DNA from: Candidatus Latescibacterota bacterium
GTDB lineage: Bacteria > Latescibacterota > UBA2968 > GCA-2709665
Assembly: GCA_965205485.1 (NCBI GenBank)
Contig: OZ242180.1
Coordinates: forward strand, 800,001 to 864,000
Direction: 5' to 3'
Length of the DNA stretch: 64,000 bases
Made by a program: the position numbers and the translations under genes. Below, one piece after another: positions 8,531 to 18,590 of this stretch. The notes under the pieces were generated by a model. The model did not search any database, was not told the origin of the DNA, and saw only the letters and a list, made by a program, of their open reading frames with translations. The first letter of the stretch is position 1; each line of letters starts with the position of its first letter.

Positions 8531-10084
8531 ATGGTTCATGCAACACCTACAGCCGATATGAAACGCCCGGCATCGCCTCTTGCCAGGTATCTTTCCGATT
8601 CCGCCGCCAATGGCAATCCCGCGGATCCCGGGTTTGTGGCCTGCCTGGCGTCACTCGAACAGATCAACGCAGTCTCGCCCCAGGTGGCGGCATCCATCGT
8701 TTCCGAACTGGAAGACCAGCGCGGCAACCTGAAGATGATCGCCAGCGAGAACTACTGCTCGTTGGCCGTACAGCTCGCACAGGGCAATCTCTTCACCGAC
8801 AAGTATGCCGAAGGCGTGCCCGAACGCCGCTTCTACGCCGGCTGCGACAACGTGGACACCGTGGAAAAACATGCCGCGTCCCTGGCCCGAGACCTCTTCG
8901 GGGCGGACCATGCGTACGTACAACCGCACTCCGGGGCAGATGCAAACCTCGTGGCGTTCTGGGCGATTCTTTCCGCCCGCATTCAGGCGCCGTTCATGGA
9001 TCGAACGGGACACACCGATCCCTCGGCCCTTTCCGGCGACGACTGGCGGGAACTGAGAACCGCGCTGGGCAACCAGAAATTACTGGGTCTCGATTACTAC
9101 TCTGGCGGCCACCTCACCCACGGATACCGGCAAAACGTCTCTGCCAAGATGTTCCACGTAGAAACCTACGGTGTGGACCCGGAGACCAAACGCATCGATT
9201 ACGACCGGATCCGCAGCCAGGCCAAGGCGTTCAGACCCCTGATTCTGCTGGCCGGGTACAGCGCGTACACCCGCAAGATCAACTTTCGCATCTTCAGGGA
9301 AATCGCGGATGAGGTCGGCGCGGTCTTCATGGTGGACATGGCGCACTTTGCGGGCCTCGTTGCGGGCAAGGTCTTCACCGGCGACTACGATCCCGTGGCT
9401 CACGCCGACGTTGTGACAACCACGACCCACAAGACCCTTAGAGGACCGCGGGGCGGTATGGTCCTCTGCAAGGACGAATTCGCGGAACACGTGGACCGGG
9501 GGTGCCCGATGGTGCTGGGCGGTCCGTTACCCCACGCGATCGCGGCCAAGGCCGTCGCTTTTCAGGAGGCCGGCGCCGATGGGTTCAAAGACTACGCGCG
9601 CCGCATTGTGGAGAACGCTGCGGACCTGGCCGAAGCCTGCGTCGCAGAGGGGCTCGACGTACTCACAGGCGGCACGGACAACCACATGGCCCTTATCGAC
9701 GTGACACCGCTCGGTCTGACCGGCAGACAGGCGGAAGCCGCTCTCCGAAACGCCCGGATAACCCTCAACCGCAACGCCCTGCCCTTCGATACGAACGGCG
9801 CGTGGTATACAAGCGGCCTCCGTATCGGCACGCCGGCGCTCACGACGCTGGGCATGGGAGCGGAAGAAATGGGAAGAATCGCCGCCGTGTTGCGCATCGT
9901 ACTCGCCAATACCCGGCCGCTCCGGATCAAAAAAGGCCGGCAGGCCGGAAAGCCGAGCAAGGCGCGCTGCAGGACCCGGCCGGATGCGCTCAAGGAAGCC
10001 CGCGCTGCTGTAGCGGACCTGCTCCAACGTTTCCCCGCGTATCCCGAACTGGACCTCGAAATCCTCAAACAAGCTCTGAGATGA
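8531..10084 (+). CDS. glyA: Serine hydroxymethyltransferase (long form)
   Basis: [66 protein letters not shown]. Alternative start at 8558. Confidence 0.97.
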   Translation: MVHATPTADMKRPASPLARYLSDSAANGNPADPGFVACLASLEQINAVSPQVAASIVSELEDQRGNLKMIASENYCSLAVQLAQGNLFTDKYAEGVPERRFYAGCDNVDTVEKHAASLARDLFGADHAYVQPHSGADANLVAFWAILSARIQAPFMDRTGHTDPSALSGDDWRELRTALGNQKLLGLDYYSGGHLTHGYRQNVSAKMFHVETYGVDPETKRIDYDRIRSQAKAFRPLILLAGYSAYTRKINFRIFREIADEVGAVFMVDMAHFAGLVAGKVFTGDYDPVAHADVVTTTTHKTLRGPRGGMVLCKDEFAEHVDRGCPMVLGGPLPHAIAAKAVAFQEAGADGFKDYARRIVENAADLAEACVAEGLDVLTGGTDNHMALIDVTPLGLTGRQAEAALRNARITLNRNALPFDTNGAWYTSGLRIGTPALTTLGMGAEEMGRIAAVLRIVLANTRPLRIKKGRQAGKPSKARCRTRPDALKEARAAVADLLQRFPAYPELDLEILKQALR

Positions 10085-10147
10085 TGTCCCGGTGCGGGAC
10101 TTCGCGACCATTCCTGCGCCAGTCGATTCCGACCCGGCCTCCCGCGC

Positions 10148-11248
10148 TTAGAATACCGCTGCTTCCATCACCGCATCGTGAAACTCGGGGCGCAACCTCC
10201 GAATCCGCTCGTTCTCGCGGGTAGGATGCACCCTGTTGGTCAGAAGTACCACGCCGACGTCCCGTTCGGGGTCCACCCAGACGGACGTCCCCGTGAATCC
10301 GGTATGCCCGAAAGAACGGGCCGAAAAGTGCCGGCCCGCTGAACTCCCGGCCGCCGATACCGTATCCCACCCGAGCGCGCGCGTACTGCCGGGCGCCAAT
10401 CCCGCCCGCGACGTGAATCTGCGGATGGCAGCTTCGGAAAACACCCGGGTTCCCTCGCGTTTCCCCCCGTTCAGGATCACCCTCAGAAATCGACCCAGGT
10501 CCGCCGCCGTCCCGAAGAGTCCCGCGTGCGGGGCCACGCCGCCCATCGCCCAGGCGTTTCCATCGTGCACCTGGCCGTGAATCAGCCCCCTGCGTTGTTC
10601 GGCCTGAAACTCCGTCGGCGGAATCTTGGCCAATAGCTCGGGGCCCGGCAGAAACGTCGTCTCTTCCATCCCCGCCGGACCGAGGACGTACCCCCGAGCC
10701 AACTCCTCCAGCGGCGCCCCGCCCGCGCGCTCGACGGCCGCGCCCAGCAACAGAAAACTGAGATCGCTATAAATCGTCGTGGTCCCCGGCGGGTACGTGA
10801 GCGGCGTCCCGCACGCAGCCGAAAGGACCGCCTCCCTGCCCCTGCAGGTCTCGAAAAAACGCTGATGGGCCGGCAGTCCCGCGCAATGAGCCAGAAGATG
10901 CCTGATCGTAACGCGATCTTTGCCGTCCCCCTGGAACGACGGCACGTATCTGTCCACCCGCTCATCCAGGTTCAGCTGGGGTTCAAGCGCCATACAGATG
11001 GAGGTTGTCGCAACCACCTTCGTCAGCGACGCGAGATCGTATATGTCGTCCCGGCGGACTTTCGGTGAATCCGGCTCGTAGTTGTGCCGCCCCGCCGTCC
11101 AGCACGCGACCTCACCCGCGCCTCGCACCAGGATGCCTACCGCACCTGGCGTACACTTCGCCCGGACGTGACGTTCCAGGATCTCCTGGACGCGCCTCAG
11201 CCGCCGCGGATCCGGTCCATTCCTGCGGTCCGTTCGCTCCGATTGCAT
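10148..11248 (-). CDS. Serine hydrolase, beta-lactamase-related family
   Basis: YDLASLTK (SxxK), YSD, HAGLFG, FGHTGFTGTS, LLTNR. Confidence 0.9.
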   Translation of the reverse strand: MQSERTDRRNGPDPRRLRRVQEILERHVRAKCTPGAVGILVRGAGEVACWTAGRHNYEPDSPKVRRDDIYDLASLTKVVATTSICMALEPQLNLDERVDRYVPSFQGDGKDRVTIRHLLAHCAGLPAHQRFFETCRGREAVLSAACGTPLTYPPGTTTIYSDLSFLLLGAAVERAGGAPLEELARGYVLGPAGMEETTFLPGPELLAKIPPTEFQAEQRRGLIHGQVHDGNAWAMGGVAPHAGLFGTAADLGRFLRVILNGGKREGTRVFSEAAIRRFTSRAGLAPGSTRALGWDTVSAAGSSAGRHFSARSFGHTGFTGTSVWVDPERDVGVVLLTNRVHPTRENERIRRLRPEFHDAVMEAAVF

Positions 11249-11476
11249 TTCGCCTGAATCCCTCAAGTACTCGCCGAATGTCGCCGTCGACGCCTGTTTT
11301 CCTGACGTCGATTCAAACCCAATCTCACCTTGACTTTCCCCTCGTTCTGCATATCTTCCGCGATGCGAGTTTCCGGGTTTGTCCCGGCGTTACGAGGCCG
11401 GCCACGGAACAGCAGGCCGCCGACAGTGCGTATTACAACGCTTCCGGTATGGCTTTCCACCTTCGGAGGGCATTCC

Positions 11477-11797
11477 ATGTCTGAAGTAACGAACTACGTC
11501 GTGTTCGTCACCGCCCCGAACGAAGCGGATGCCGCCAGGATCGGCCGCACACTTGTTGAAGAACGCCTGGCCGCGTGCGCCAATATCACTGGACAGATCC
11601 GATCCATATACCGCTGGCAGGATGCCATTGAAGACGATGCCGAATGCCTGATGATCCTCAAGACGTCACAGGCCAGCCTCGACGCGCTGATCGACCGGGC
11701 GAACGAATTGCATAGTTACGAGGTGCCGGAGATCATCGCGCTTCCCATCCACCAGGGTTTTCCGCCTTACCTGGACTGGATCGCCGAGAACGCCTGA
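11477..11797 (+). CDS. cutA: Divalent-cation tolerance protein CutA
   Basis: VTAP..A..I...LVEERLAACAN, SIYRWQ, HSYEVPEII. RBS GGAGG. Confidence 0.93.
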   Translation: MSEVTNYVVFVTAPNEADAARIGRTLVEERLAACANITGQIRSIYRWQDAIEDDAECLMILKTSQASLDALIDRANELHSYEVPEIIALPIHQGFPPYLDWIAENA

Positions 11798-11907
11798 TCC
11801 GCCTTCCCGATCCTGCCCGAGCAACCTCGAATCGTGTCCATCGGTCTCTTTGACAAAGCCAGCGCTTCGAGACCTGTATCGACATACGCCAGAAGGAAGG
11901 ACCTGCG

Positions 11908-12852
11908 GTGACCGGTCATCCTCAATATGCGGTCGGCATCGATCTCGGCGGGGGAAGCATCAAGGGCGCTCTTGTTACGGCCGACGGTCGAATCGAAGCC
12001 CAGGACCGCTGTCCGACCGACGTGGAAAGCGGCGAACGTGGCGTGGCGGACCGGATCGCGGCACTCTTCGAGTCCCTCCGCGACGGGCATGGCCTGTCGA
12101 ACGATGACATCGCGGGTGTCGGTATCGGTGTGCCGGGGGTAACGACATCGAAGGGCAACGTCATCATCGCGCCCAACCTCCACTGGCGCAACGTCCCGTT
12201 CAAGAGAATCCTCGAGGAGAGAATCCGGCTGCACGTTGAAATCGATAACGACGCCAGCGTCGCCGCCATGGGTGAAGCCCATCTTGGCGCGGGCCGGGGA
12301 CGCGAGTCCCTCTTTCTCATCACCCTGGGGACGGGCATTGGCGGCGGACTCGTCCTGGACGGCGACATTCACCACGGCGCCTCCTTCGCGGCGGGTGAAA
12401 TCGGCCATATGTGCATAGACCCCGACGGCCCCGATTGCGGATGCGGAAAAAAGGGATGCCTTGAAGTCTTCTCCTCCGGCCCCGCGATGGTCCGCTACGT
12501 TCGCCGGCGCCTTCCGAACGCGGCGTCCACCTCTCTCCCGGACACGGAATCCCTCTCACCGGAAACCATCTGTCTGGCCGCGAAAAACGGCGACAGCCTC
12601 GCCCGTGAAGCCGTCGCCCGCGTCGCCCGCTATCTGGGCATCGCCATAGCCAATATCATAAACGTCATCAGCCCCAACGTGATCGCCATCGGGGGCGGCA
12701 TCTCCGCGGCCGGCGGTGTTCTACTCGACCCCATCGCCGCCGCCGCCCGGGAGTACACCCTTGAAGGGATGTTCGATCACACCCGGATCCTGCCCGCCGA
12801 ACTGGGCAACGACGCCGGCGTCCTGGGCGCCTCGCGCCTGGTCCTGAAGTAA
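11908..12852 (+). CDS. ROK-family sugar kinase (glucokinase-like)
   Basis: GIDLGG, GIGVPG, DNDA, TLGTGIGGG, GEIGH, CGCGKKGCLE, LGNDAGVLGA. Confidence 0.92.
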   Translation: MTGHPQYAVGIDLGGGSIKGALVTADGRIEAQDRCPTDVESGERGVADRIAALFESLRDGHGLSNDDIAGVGIGVPGVTTSKGNVIIAPNLHWRNVPFKRILEERIRLHVEIDNDASVAAMGEAHLGAGRGRESLFLITLGTGIGGGLVLDGDIHHGASFAAGEIGHMCIDPDGPDCGCGKKGCLEVFSSGPAMVRYVRRRLPNAASTSLPDTESLSPETICLAAKNGDSLAREAVARVARYLGIAIANIINVISPNVIAIGGGISAAGGVLLDPIAAAAREYTLEGMFDHTRILPAELGNDAGVLGASRLVLK

Positions 12853-12903
12853 CGCGCCGCGCCGACAGGGTTCAGATTCCCGATGGTTGACCCGACACCC
12901 CTC

Positions 12904-13770
12904 TTACGCCCACGCCAGATCTTCCAGCACGGATTTCAGATACGCGATGTCCTGCTGTGCGAACCACTCCCTGTCGCCCTGCCTCGGGGCTTCGATACAC
13001 AACGGACCGCTGAAGCCGGACCGCTTCAGCGCCAGCAGATACTCCCGGTGGTTGATGATCCCGTCGCCCAACCCAACGGCATTCCGTCCGTCTCCGGCGG
13101 GCATCGAGTTTTTCAGATGCACCATGAACAGCTTCTCTCCCAGCGTGGAAACGGTCTCGCCGATTGAAGGACAGGATGGGAAATACACCATGTTTCCATA
13201 GTCCAGGTTCGCACCGACGAACGGGGAGCCGATCATATCCAGAAGTTTCATTGTGGGCGCCGGCATGTCGTGAACATAGCCCATGTGGATCTCGAACGCG
13301 AGTCTGAATCCGATCTCCTCGGCGACTGCGCCGAGTTCCCTGAATCCTTCGGCCGCCCATGTGTAGTGATGGGCCGACGCGGCGCCGGACCCATGCAGAT
13401 GATGCGCCGACCCCGCATTGGGGTCCGAACTTCGAAGCGTCCCGGCCATGATATTGCAGACCGTGAGGTCCAGCCGTTCGCCCGCGAGTCGATAGAACCT
13501 GATCCCCTCCTCAACCTGCGCCCTGCGGATGCCGGCGTCTTCCTGCATCAGTTCCACCCCGGGTCCACCGAATAGCACGTGTTTCAATCCAGCGGCTTCC
13601 GCGGCCGAGGCGATCGTATCCAGGTATTGTTCCGGCGTCTCCTCTTCGCCCCTGCGATGACGGCGGAACTCGATCCCGTCGTACCCCCAGCCCACTGCCT
13701 TCCGGCACATCTCCGGGATCGTCTGACCCTGTTCACAGTAATTCACGTGCATGATGATCGGTAACGCCAT
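12904..13770 (-). CDS. Sugar phosphate isomerase/epimerase (xylose-isomerase-like TIM barrel)
   Basis: GYDGIE, LAFEIH, NLDYGN, VHLKN, GDGII, IEAP. Confidence 0.85.
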   Translation of the reverse strand: MALPIIMHVNYCEQGQTIPEMCRKAVGWGYDGIEFRRHRRGEEETPEQYLDTIASAAEAAGLKHVLFGGPGVELMQEDAGIRRAQVEEGIRFYRLAGERLDLTVCNIMAGTLRSSDPNAGSAHHLHGSGAASAHHYTWAAEGFRELGAVAEEIGFRLAFEIHMGYVHDMPAPTMKLLDMIGSPFVGANLDYGNMVYFPSCPSIGETVSTLGEKLFMVHLKNSMPAGDGRNAVGLGDGIINHREYLLALKRSGFSGPLCIEAPRQGDREWFAQQDIAYLKSVLEDLAWA

Positions 13771-13894
13771 TCAAACGCCCCTCCGTTAAAGAACTCCTCA
13801 CTAATGCATTTGCCTCACCCGCGGATCGTGGCTAAAATGCCAACGTACCCCGGGAATGTCAACCTCAACCACCAGTCATCCAGGAGACCTGTCA

Positions 13895-14221
13895 ATGGTC
13901 AGCTGGTTCTATCTTTTTCTTGCCATCGTTCTTGAGGTAGCAGGGACGACGTGCATGAAACTCTCGGATGGATTCACCCGTCTGTTGCCCTCATTCGGGG
14001 TCGCAGTTTTTTATCTGGCCTCCCTGGCGGGCCTTACGATGGCGCTCAAACAGATCCCGGTCAGCATTGCATACGCCGTATGGGCCGGTCTGGGAACGGC
14101 CATCATCAGCGTCATCGGTTTCTGGTACTTCAAGGAACCGGTCACCGCGGTCAAATTGCTTTCCATCGCGTTGATTGTCGGCGGCGTGACCGGCCTGCAT
14201 CTGTCCAACTCGTCGCACTGA
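13895..14221 (+). CDS. SMR/DMT-family small multidrug efflux protein
   Basis: Four TM helices, AIVLEV (conserved Glu), KLSDGF, IPVSIAYAVWAGLG. RBS AGGAG. Confidence 0.92.
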   Translation: MVSWFYLFLAIVLEVAGTTCMKLSDGFTRLLPSFGVAVFYLASLAGLTMALKQIPVSIAYAVWAGLGTAIISVIGFWYFKEPVTAVKLLSIALIVGGVTGLHLSNSSH

Positions 14222-14335
14222 TTGGCCGCCAAGGAAATCTGTCCGGGTCGGCACGCGGGTGAATCACAACTTTATACTATACAATCTCCCCCAACCCCGT
14301 AACGTCCCCTATTCTCTTGCCCATTTTCCAGAGGC

Positions 14336-14520
14336 GGTGAGACGGTAGAAGAAATGCGGGTAGAGGTAAGAAGGTAGAGGGTAGAGATTACCTGCCTTGT
14401 GAGGCTTCTTTTCGTGCCGGAGGCAAGGAGGAATAGATTAGCGGGCGAGGATATCTTCTACCGTCTTACGTCTCTTACGTCTCTCGTCTACCCGGTTTTC
14501 TCCCCCTCTCCCGTCTCACC
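14336..14520. repeat. MITE-like dispersed repeat, copy 1
   Basis: 10-bp terminal inverted repeat GGTGAGACGG/CCGTCTCACC. The 51-bp core at 14383-14433 matches 60266-60316 at 46/51 positions. Confidence 0.65.
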
Positions 14521-14846
14521 CGGTGGCTGACGGGTGGACGGGTGGTTTGTTAGCTGACGGCTGAGAGCTAAGAGCTGTTTTTGCAGCTTATGATCGGCCG
14601 TATCCAGTTAACCTGTTGCCGGGACGGAATAAGCTGGCAATCGAAAAATCAGCGAAATGCGAAAAAATGAGTTGACAAACGATCTTGAAGCAATTAACTT
14701 TGTTTGCAGTGTTGTAAATGGAAGGACGTTGTTTCTGTCTCCTGTGCAGTCGAAAAAAACGATGCGGCAAGGATCAGAATTTCCGGTCCTTGCCTTTTTT
14801 AATTGCCTGCACATTCAGTTCAAGGTAGAAAGGTGGTGAATTAGCA

Positions 14847-15047
14847 GTGGCTGACGGTCGAGTTAAGTGGTTCAACGACGCCAAGGGCTTTGGTTTCATC
14901 GAGCAGGACGGCGGAGAAGACGTGTTCGTGCATTTTTCGGCAATCCAGGCTGAGGGTTTCAAGTCTCTGGCCGAGGGTGATGAGGTCGAATTCGACATCG
15001 TCGAGGGTCCCAAGGGGCTCCAGGCGGCGAATGTGACGAAACGATAA
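14847..15047 (+). CDS. cspA: Cold-shock protein (CspA family)
   Basis: [38 protein letters not shown] start; long 5' UTR after TTGACA-17-TAACTT near 14672. Confidence 0.95.
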   Translation: MADGRVKWFNDAKGFGFIEQDGGEDVFVHFSAIQAEGFKSLAEGDEVEFDIVEGPKGLQAANVTKR

Positions 15048-15071
15048 GGTAAACGGAAATTTCGTACGTAC

Positions 15072-15108
15072 AAACGGACGCCGACGTGTCGGCGTCCGTT
15101 TTTTGTTT
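15072..15108 (+). terminator. Intrinsic terminator of csp
   Basis: AAACGGACGCCGAC-GT-GTCGGCGTCCGTTT followed by a T run. Confidence 0.85.
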
Positions 15109-15223
15109 AATAAAACGCAATACGGCCCAATCCACGCGAACAGCACGCGAAATGACATTTCGGGCTACCGGAAACGCTGCGACGCCCTGACGCAACTGCC
15201 GTAACGCGAACTGCCAGTTCGCC

Positions 15224-15250
15224 AAAAAAAACGCCCGATTACCAGGCGTC
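15224..15250 (-). terminator. Intrinsic terminator of the TPR-like gene
   Basis: Minus strand ACGCCTG-GTAAT-CGGGCGT followed by a T run. Confidence 0.6.
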
Positions 15251-15315
15251 TCTGTCTACCTCGCACAAACTAACGGTTCGTGTTACGTTCGGAGATCCTC
15301 TCCAGCCGTCATTAT

Positions 15316-17052
15316 CTATTCAATCTTCAGGACCACGTCCAGTATTTCAGGCAGCCAGGTGGCGCGGGCAAGGTTGGATGCCGACTTGAGATTCAGAAGA
15401 GCTGCAAGGAGAGTCTTCTTCGCTTGCCCATCCTGACGAGCCGCGACCTGCGCCCTGGCAAGGTCCGTGCAGGTCCACGTGGTGATCCCCGCCGCAATCG
15501 TGCCGGTCAATTCCACACCGGCGGTTCCCAACGTCCTGCGGGAACCGGTGAGGTCGCCCGATTGGGCCTGCGCCCGCGCGATCTCAGCAAGCGCTCTGAT
15601 CCTCTTGTTCGCATCCCTGATGGACACGGCGGTTTCGATTGCCGCCGCGTATCGCCCGGCACGCGCCTGAGCGCTTGCGATTTCCATCAAAACGGCGTCC
15701 CGCCTCGATACCCGGTCGATCATTCCCGCATGGTGAAGGCTGCGACGGGTCTCGCCCGTCTGCGCCTGGCGCATCGCCACGTGATAGACCAGATTTCTCT
15801 TTGCCTCGATATCCCTGGGGTTTCTCGCCGCGGCGATTTCGAGCAGCGTCTCAAGCTGGTCCGCAGGTATATGATGGACCAGATCCTGCGCGAGATCGTC
15901 ATCGCCGGCCGACTTGATGCGTTGCCTGGCCATGTCAATGGACCGCCGCGCCCCTTCGGTATCTCCGGCCGCGTTCTGCGCCGACGCGACGTTGAACAGC
16001 CATTTCACCTGTGACGGCGACGTATCCTCGCTGACAAGCTGCCAGGCCCGGTCCAGGGTCTTCCGGGCGCCATTCGCGTCCTCGACCTTCATCTGGGCCC
16101 CGGCAATCTGGATGAGGACGAAAGGGTCGACGTCGGCCAGCGAAGCAATCGTCGCGCCGGCGCTGTAGATGTCCATCCCCTGCCCCCCGGCCTGCAGGGC
16201 TCTCTCCAGCGTCTTCCGGGCGCCCGATTCGTCGCCCGCTTCCGCCTGCGCCCAGGCGACCCTTCCGAGCGCGATAGCCCGTCGATATCCGTCGATGATG
16301 TTAGCGGCGTCCTCAACCGCCAGATCGAAGAAAGTCCCTGCGTCTTCAGTCTTGCCTTGCTGCGCCAGCGTCGACCCCACGCCGGCCAACGCATCGATCC
16401 GAACCTGGAAATCGCCAATTGACCTGGCCGTGGCGCGGGCGGAAGCCGTGTATCCAACTTTCGCCTGGGCAAGGGCGACCCTGTTCAGACTCCTCGCCCG
16501 GCGTTCGCCAGTTCCATTCGAGCGGGCAGCCGCGACGGCGATGCGGAAACTCTCCAGGGCAGCCCCAAGGTCCCCGTTCTTCGCCGATGTGGACGCCACG
16601 CCGACCAGTGCATCGATCCGCCCCGGAATGTCTACAATCGACCTGGCCGTGGCGCGGGCGGAATCGACGTCCCCGGCATCAGCCTGTACGGACGCGACGT
16701 TTCGCAACGCGCGCGCCCGCGCGTATCCGCTCTTTACCTTTCTGGCCGCCGCCGCCGCAAGATCGAAGTACTCCCTGGCTTCCCCTGCATTTCCTTCAAG
16801 GGCAAGCGCCGCCGCGCCTGCGGCAAACGCGCCGGCGCGTATTTCGAGTTCCCAATCGGATCTCGCGACGAACGCTCTTGCGGCCTGGAGCGTCAGCTGC
16901 GAGACGCAGTCCGGACTTGCCGACCGCCAGCACGTCTCGGCTGCTCCGTCGACGGCACTCCCAGCCTCCGCCGGCGAGGGATTAACGATGCCACTGACCA
17001 TCGCCAGCGCTGCGGCCAATGCGGCTGCGATGACCCTGGAATTCAGCTTCAT
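15316..17052 (-). CDS. Secreted alpha-helical (TPR-like) repeat protein
   Basis: Signal peptide MKLNSRVIAAALAAALAM; repeats such as RARALRNVASVQADAGDVDSARATARSI; RBS GGAGG. The DNA repeat GACCTGGCCGTGGCGCGGGCGGAA occurs at 16421 and 16640. Confidence 0.8.
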   Translation of the reverse strand: MKLNSRVIAAALAAALAMVSGIVNPSPAEAGSAVDGAAETCWRSASPDCVSQLTLQAARAFVARSDWELEIRAGAFAAGAAALALEGNAGEAREYFDLAAAAARKVKSGYARARALRNVASVQADAGDVDSARATARSIVDIPGRIDALVGVASTSAKNGDLGAALESFRIAVAAARSNGTGERRARSLNRVALAQAKVGYTASARATARSIGDFQVRIDALAGVGSTLAQQGKTEDAGTFFDLAVEDAANIIDGYRRAIALGRVAWAQAEAGDESGARKTLERALQAGGQGMDIYSAGATIASLADVDPFVLIQIAGAQMKVEDANGARKTLDRAWQLVSEDTSPSQVKWLFNVASAQNAAGDTEGARRSIDMARQRIKSAGDDDLAQDLVHHIPADQLETLLEIAAARNPRDIEAKRNLVYHVAMRQAQTGETRRSLHHAGMIDRVSRRDAVLMEIASAQARAGRYAAAIETAVSIRDANKRIRALAEIARAQAQSGDLTGSRRTLGTAGVELTGTIAAGITTWTCTDLARAQVAARQDGQAKKTLLAALLNLKSASNLARATWLPEILDVVLKIE

Positions 17053-17112
17053 CGTGCCTCCTCTAACACACAAAGGCAGATCTCGCCGCATCATTGCACC
17101 CCGTCCGTCCGA

Positions 17113-17334
17113 TTAATCTCAATTCGAAAAAAGACAACAGTCAAATTGGCCACTAAAAGCACAAAAAATATAGACGGATCCGGTGCCAAACGGGGTTTCG
17201 AGGTCGTTCATGAGGACGATATTCTCGATCACGTCCAGCGACCTGCTGTATCCTGGTAATCCGCCGCTTAATCGCCTTTTTCAATTTGCATGTATTCGAT
17301 CTAACGTCCCTGAAACCATGCGAATCATGGTTAA
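17113..17334. repeat. TTAA-bounded MITE-like repeat, copy A
   Basis: Begins TTAATCTCAATTCGAAAAAAGACAACAGTCAA, nearly identical to 19672 onward. Ends at a TTAA overlapping the enolase stop codon. Confidence 0.65.
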
Positions 17335-18518
17335 TATCGAAACGGCGACACCTGCGCGTCCGTGACCTCCACACCGAACCCCGGCCCGTCCAGAGGCTTC
17401 ATTCGTCCGCTCCCGGGTACGGCAACGCCAGGGGGCCGCGCGGCCTCGTCCGGGTCGACGCCCGGTGGGCTGGCGATGTAGCATTCTGTCCACGGGATAG
17501 CCGGCATCGCGTAACAGACGTGCTGCCCGTACGGCGTATTGCCGCCGCCATGGGGAATGACCGATATGCCGGCCGCCTCGGCGATGGCGCAGATCTTGAC
17601 GATCGCGGTCATCCCGCCCACCCAGTTGATGTCCGGTTGGAAAATGTCCAGGATGTGGCGGCTTGCGGCATGCTGAAAAGGAACAGTTGTGTACCAGTGT
17701 TCACCCGTGGCCAGGGTCGCCCACGGAAGCCGGCGGCGCAATTCGGCATGGGCGTCGAGATCCTCCGAACGGAGCATTTCCTCCATCCACTTGAGTTTGC
17801 TCGGGCGCAGTTCCTCCGCAAGGCGAACGGCGTACTCCACGTCGAACGCCATCCAGCAGTCCAGCATGAGTTCCACGTTGTCGCCGGCGAGTTCTCGCGT
17901 GCCAGCCACGAGATCAACGTTTTTCTTCAGACCTTCCAGCCCGTCCGCCGGACCGTACGGGCACGGCAGTTTGATGGCCTCGAAGCCCAGTTCGAGGTAC
18001 CAGTCGGCGTCGCCGCCCGTGGCGTAGCAGAACATCTCGTCGCGCGCCGGCCCGCCCAGCAACTCGTACACCGGCCTGTCAAGCAGCTTACCCTTCAGGT
18101 CCCATAGTGCGAGGTCGATGGCGCTCACGGCGTAGGCATGCAGGCCGGTGGCGCCGTACGAGGCCCCCATCCGCACCATCATGTCGTAGCATTTTTCGGT
18201 TGCCAGGCAGGGCTCGCCCACCAGACGCGGCCCGAGATAATCGTCGATGATCGCCGCAACCGGACGCCCGTGACTGGCGCTGGCAAAACCCAGGGTGCCG
18301 TCTTCGGCTTCGACAATGCAGCCGAAGCCGCCCCAATTCGGCAACCAGGAGGGACGAAATGCGGCGTACCGCGGATAGCGCGTCATGGGGTTGGCAACGG
18401 GCCCCTGAACGGCCCACGACGGGCGGCGCGCCGTCTTATATTCCACCGCGCCGGGCTTCGTGCGTCCGTACGTATCGGGAAAATCCACGTTTACGGCGCG
18501 GATGGACTTGATCTTCAT
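17331..18518 (-). CDS. Mandelate racemase/enolase-superfamily acid-sugar dehydratase (L-rhamnonate dehydratase-like)
   Basis: VANPMTRYP, SAIDLALWDLKGK, LMLDCWM, WMEE, ATGEH, QPDINWVGG, GPGFG. Confidence 0.88.
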   Translation of the reverse strand: MKIKSIRAVNVDFPDTYGRTKPGAVEYKTARRPSWAVQGPVANPMTRYPRYAAFRPSWLPNWGGFGCIVEAEDGTLGFASASHGRPVAAIIDDYLGPRLVGEPCLATEKCYDMMVRMGASYGATGLHAYAVSAIDLALWDLKGKLLDRPVYELLGGPARDEMFCYATGGDADWYLELGFEAIKLPCPYGPADGLEGLKKNVDLVAGTRELAGDNVELMLDCWMAFDVEYAVRLAEELRPSKLKWMEEMLRSEDLDAHAELRRRLPWATLATGEHWYTTVPFQHAASRHILDIFQPDINWVGGMTAIVKICAIAEAAGISVIPHGGGNTPYGQHVCYAMPAIPWTECYIASPPGVDPDEAARPPGVAVPGSGRMKPLDGPGFGVEVTDAQVSPFRY

Positions 18519-18590
18519 GATAAGATTCCTCCCAATTGCGATCTCACCCCGGAAACCCGCCGGTGCAGCGGCAGCGACGGGGCGTTCCGA

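Noticed and set aside
11360..11470. Possible ncRNA (SRP-like) upstream of cutA
   Set aside because: It lacks the SRP CAGG.CC.GNAAGGAAGCAGC core and has only short stems.
13800..13894. Guanidine riboswitch before the SMR gene
   Set aside because: No paired ACGR hairpins or ykkC motif seen, and the protein looks Qac/EmrE-like rather than Gdx.
14331..14590. CRISPR array in the short-repeat region
   Set aside because: Repeats are 7-mers without unique spacers, and no cas genes are in the window.
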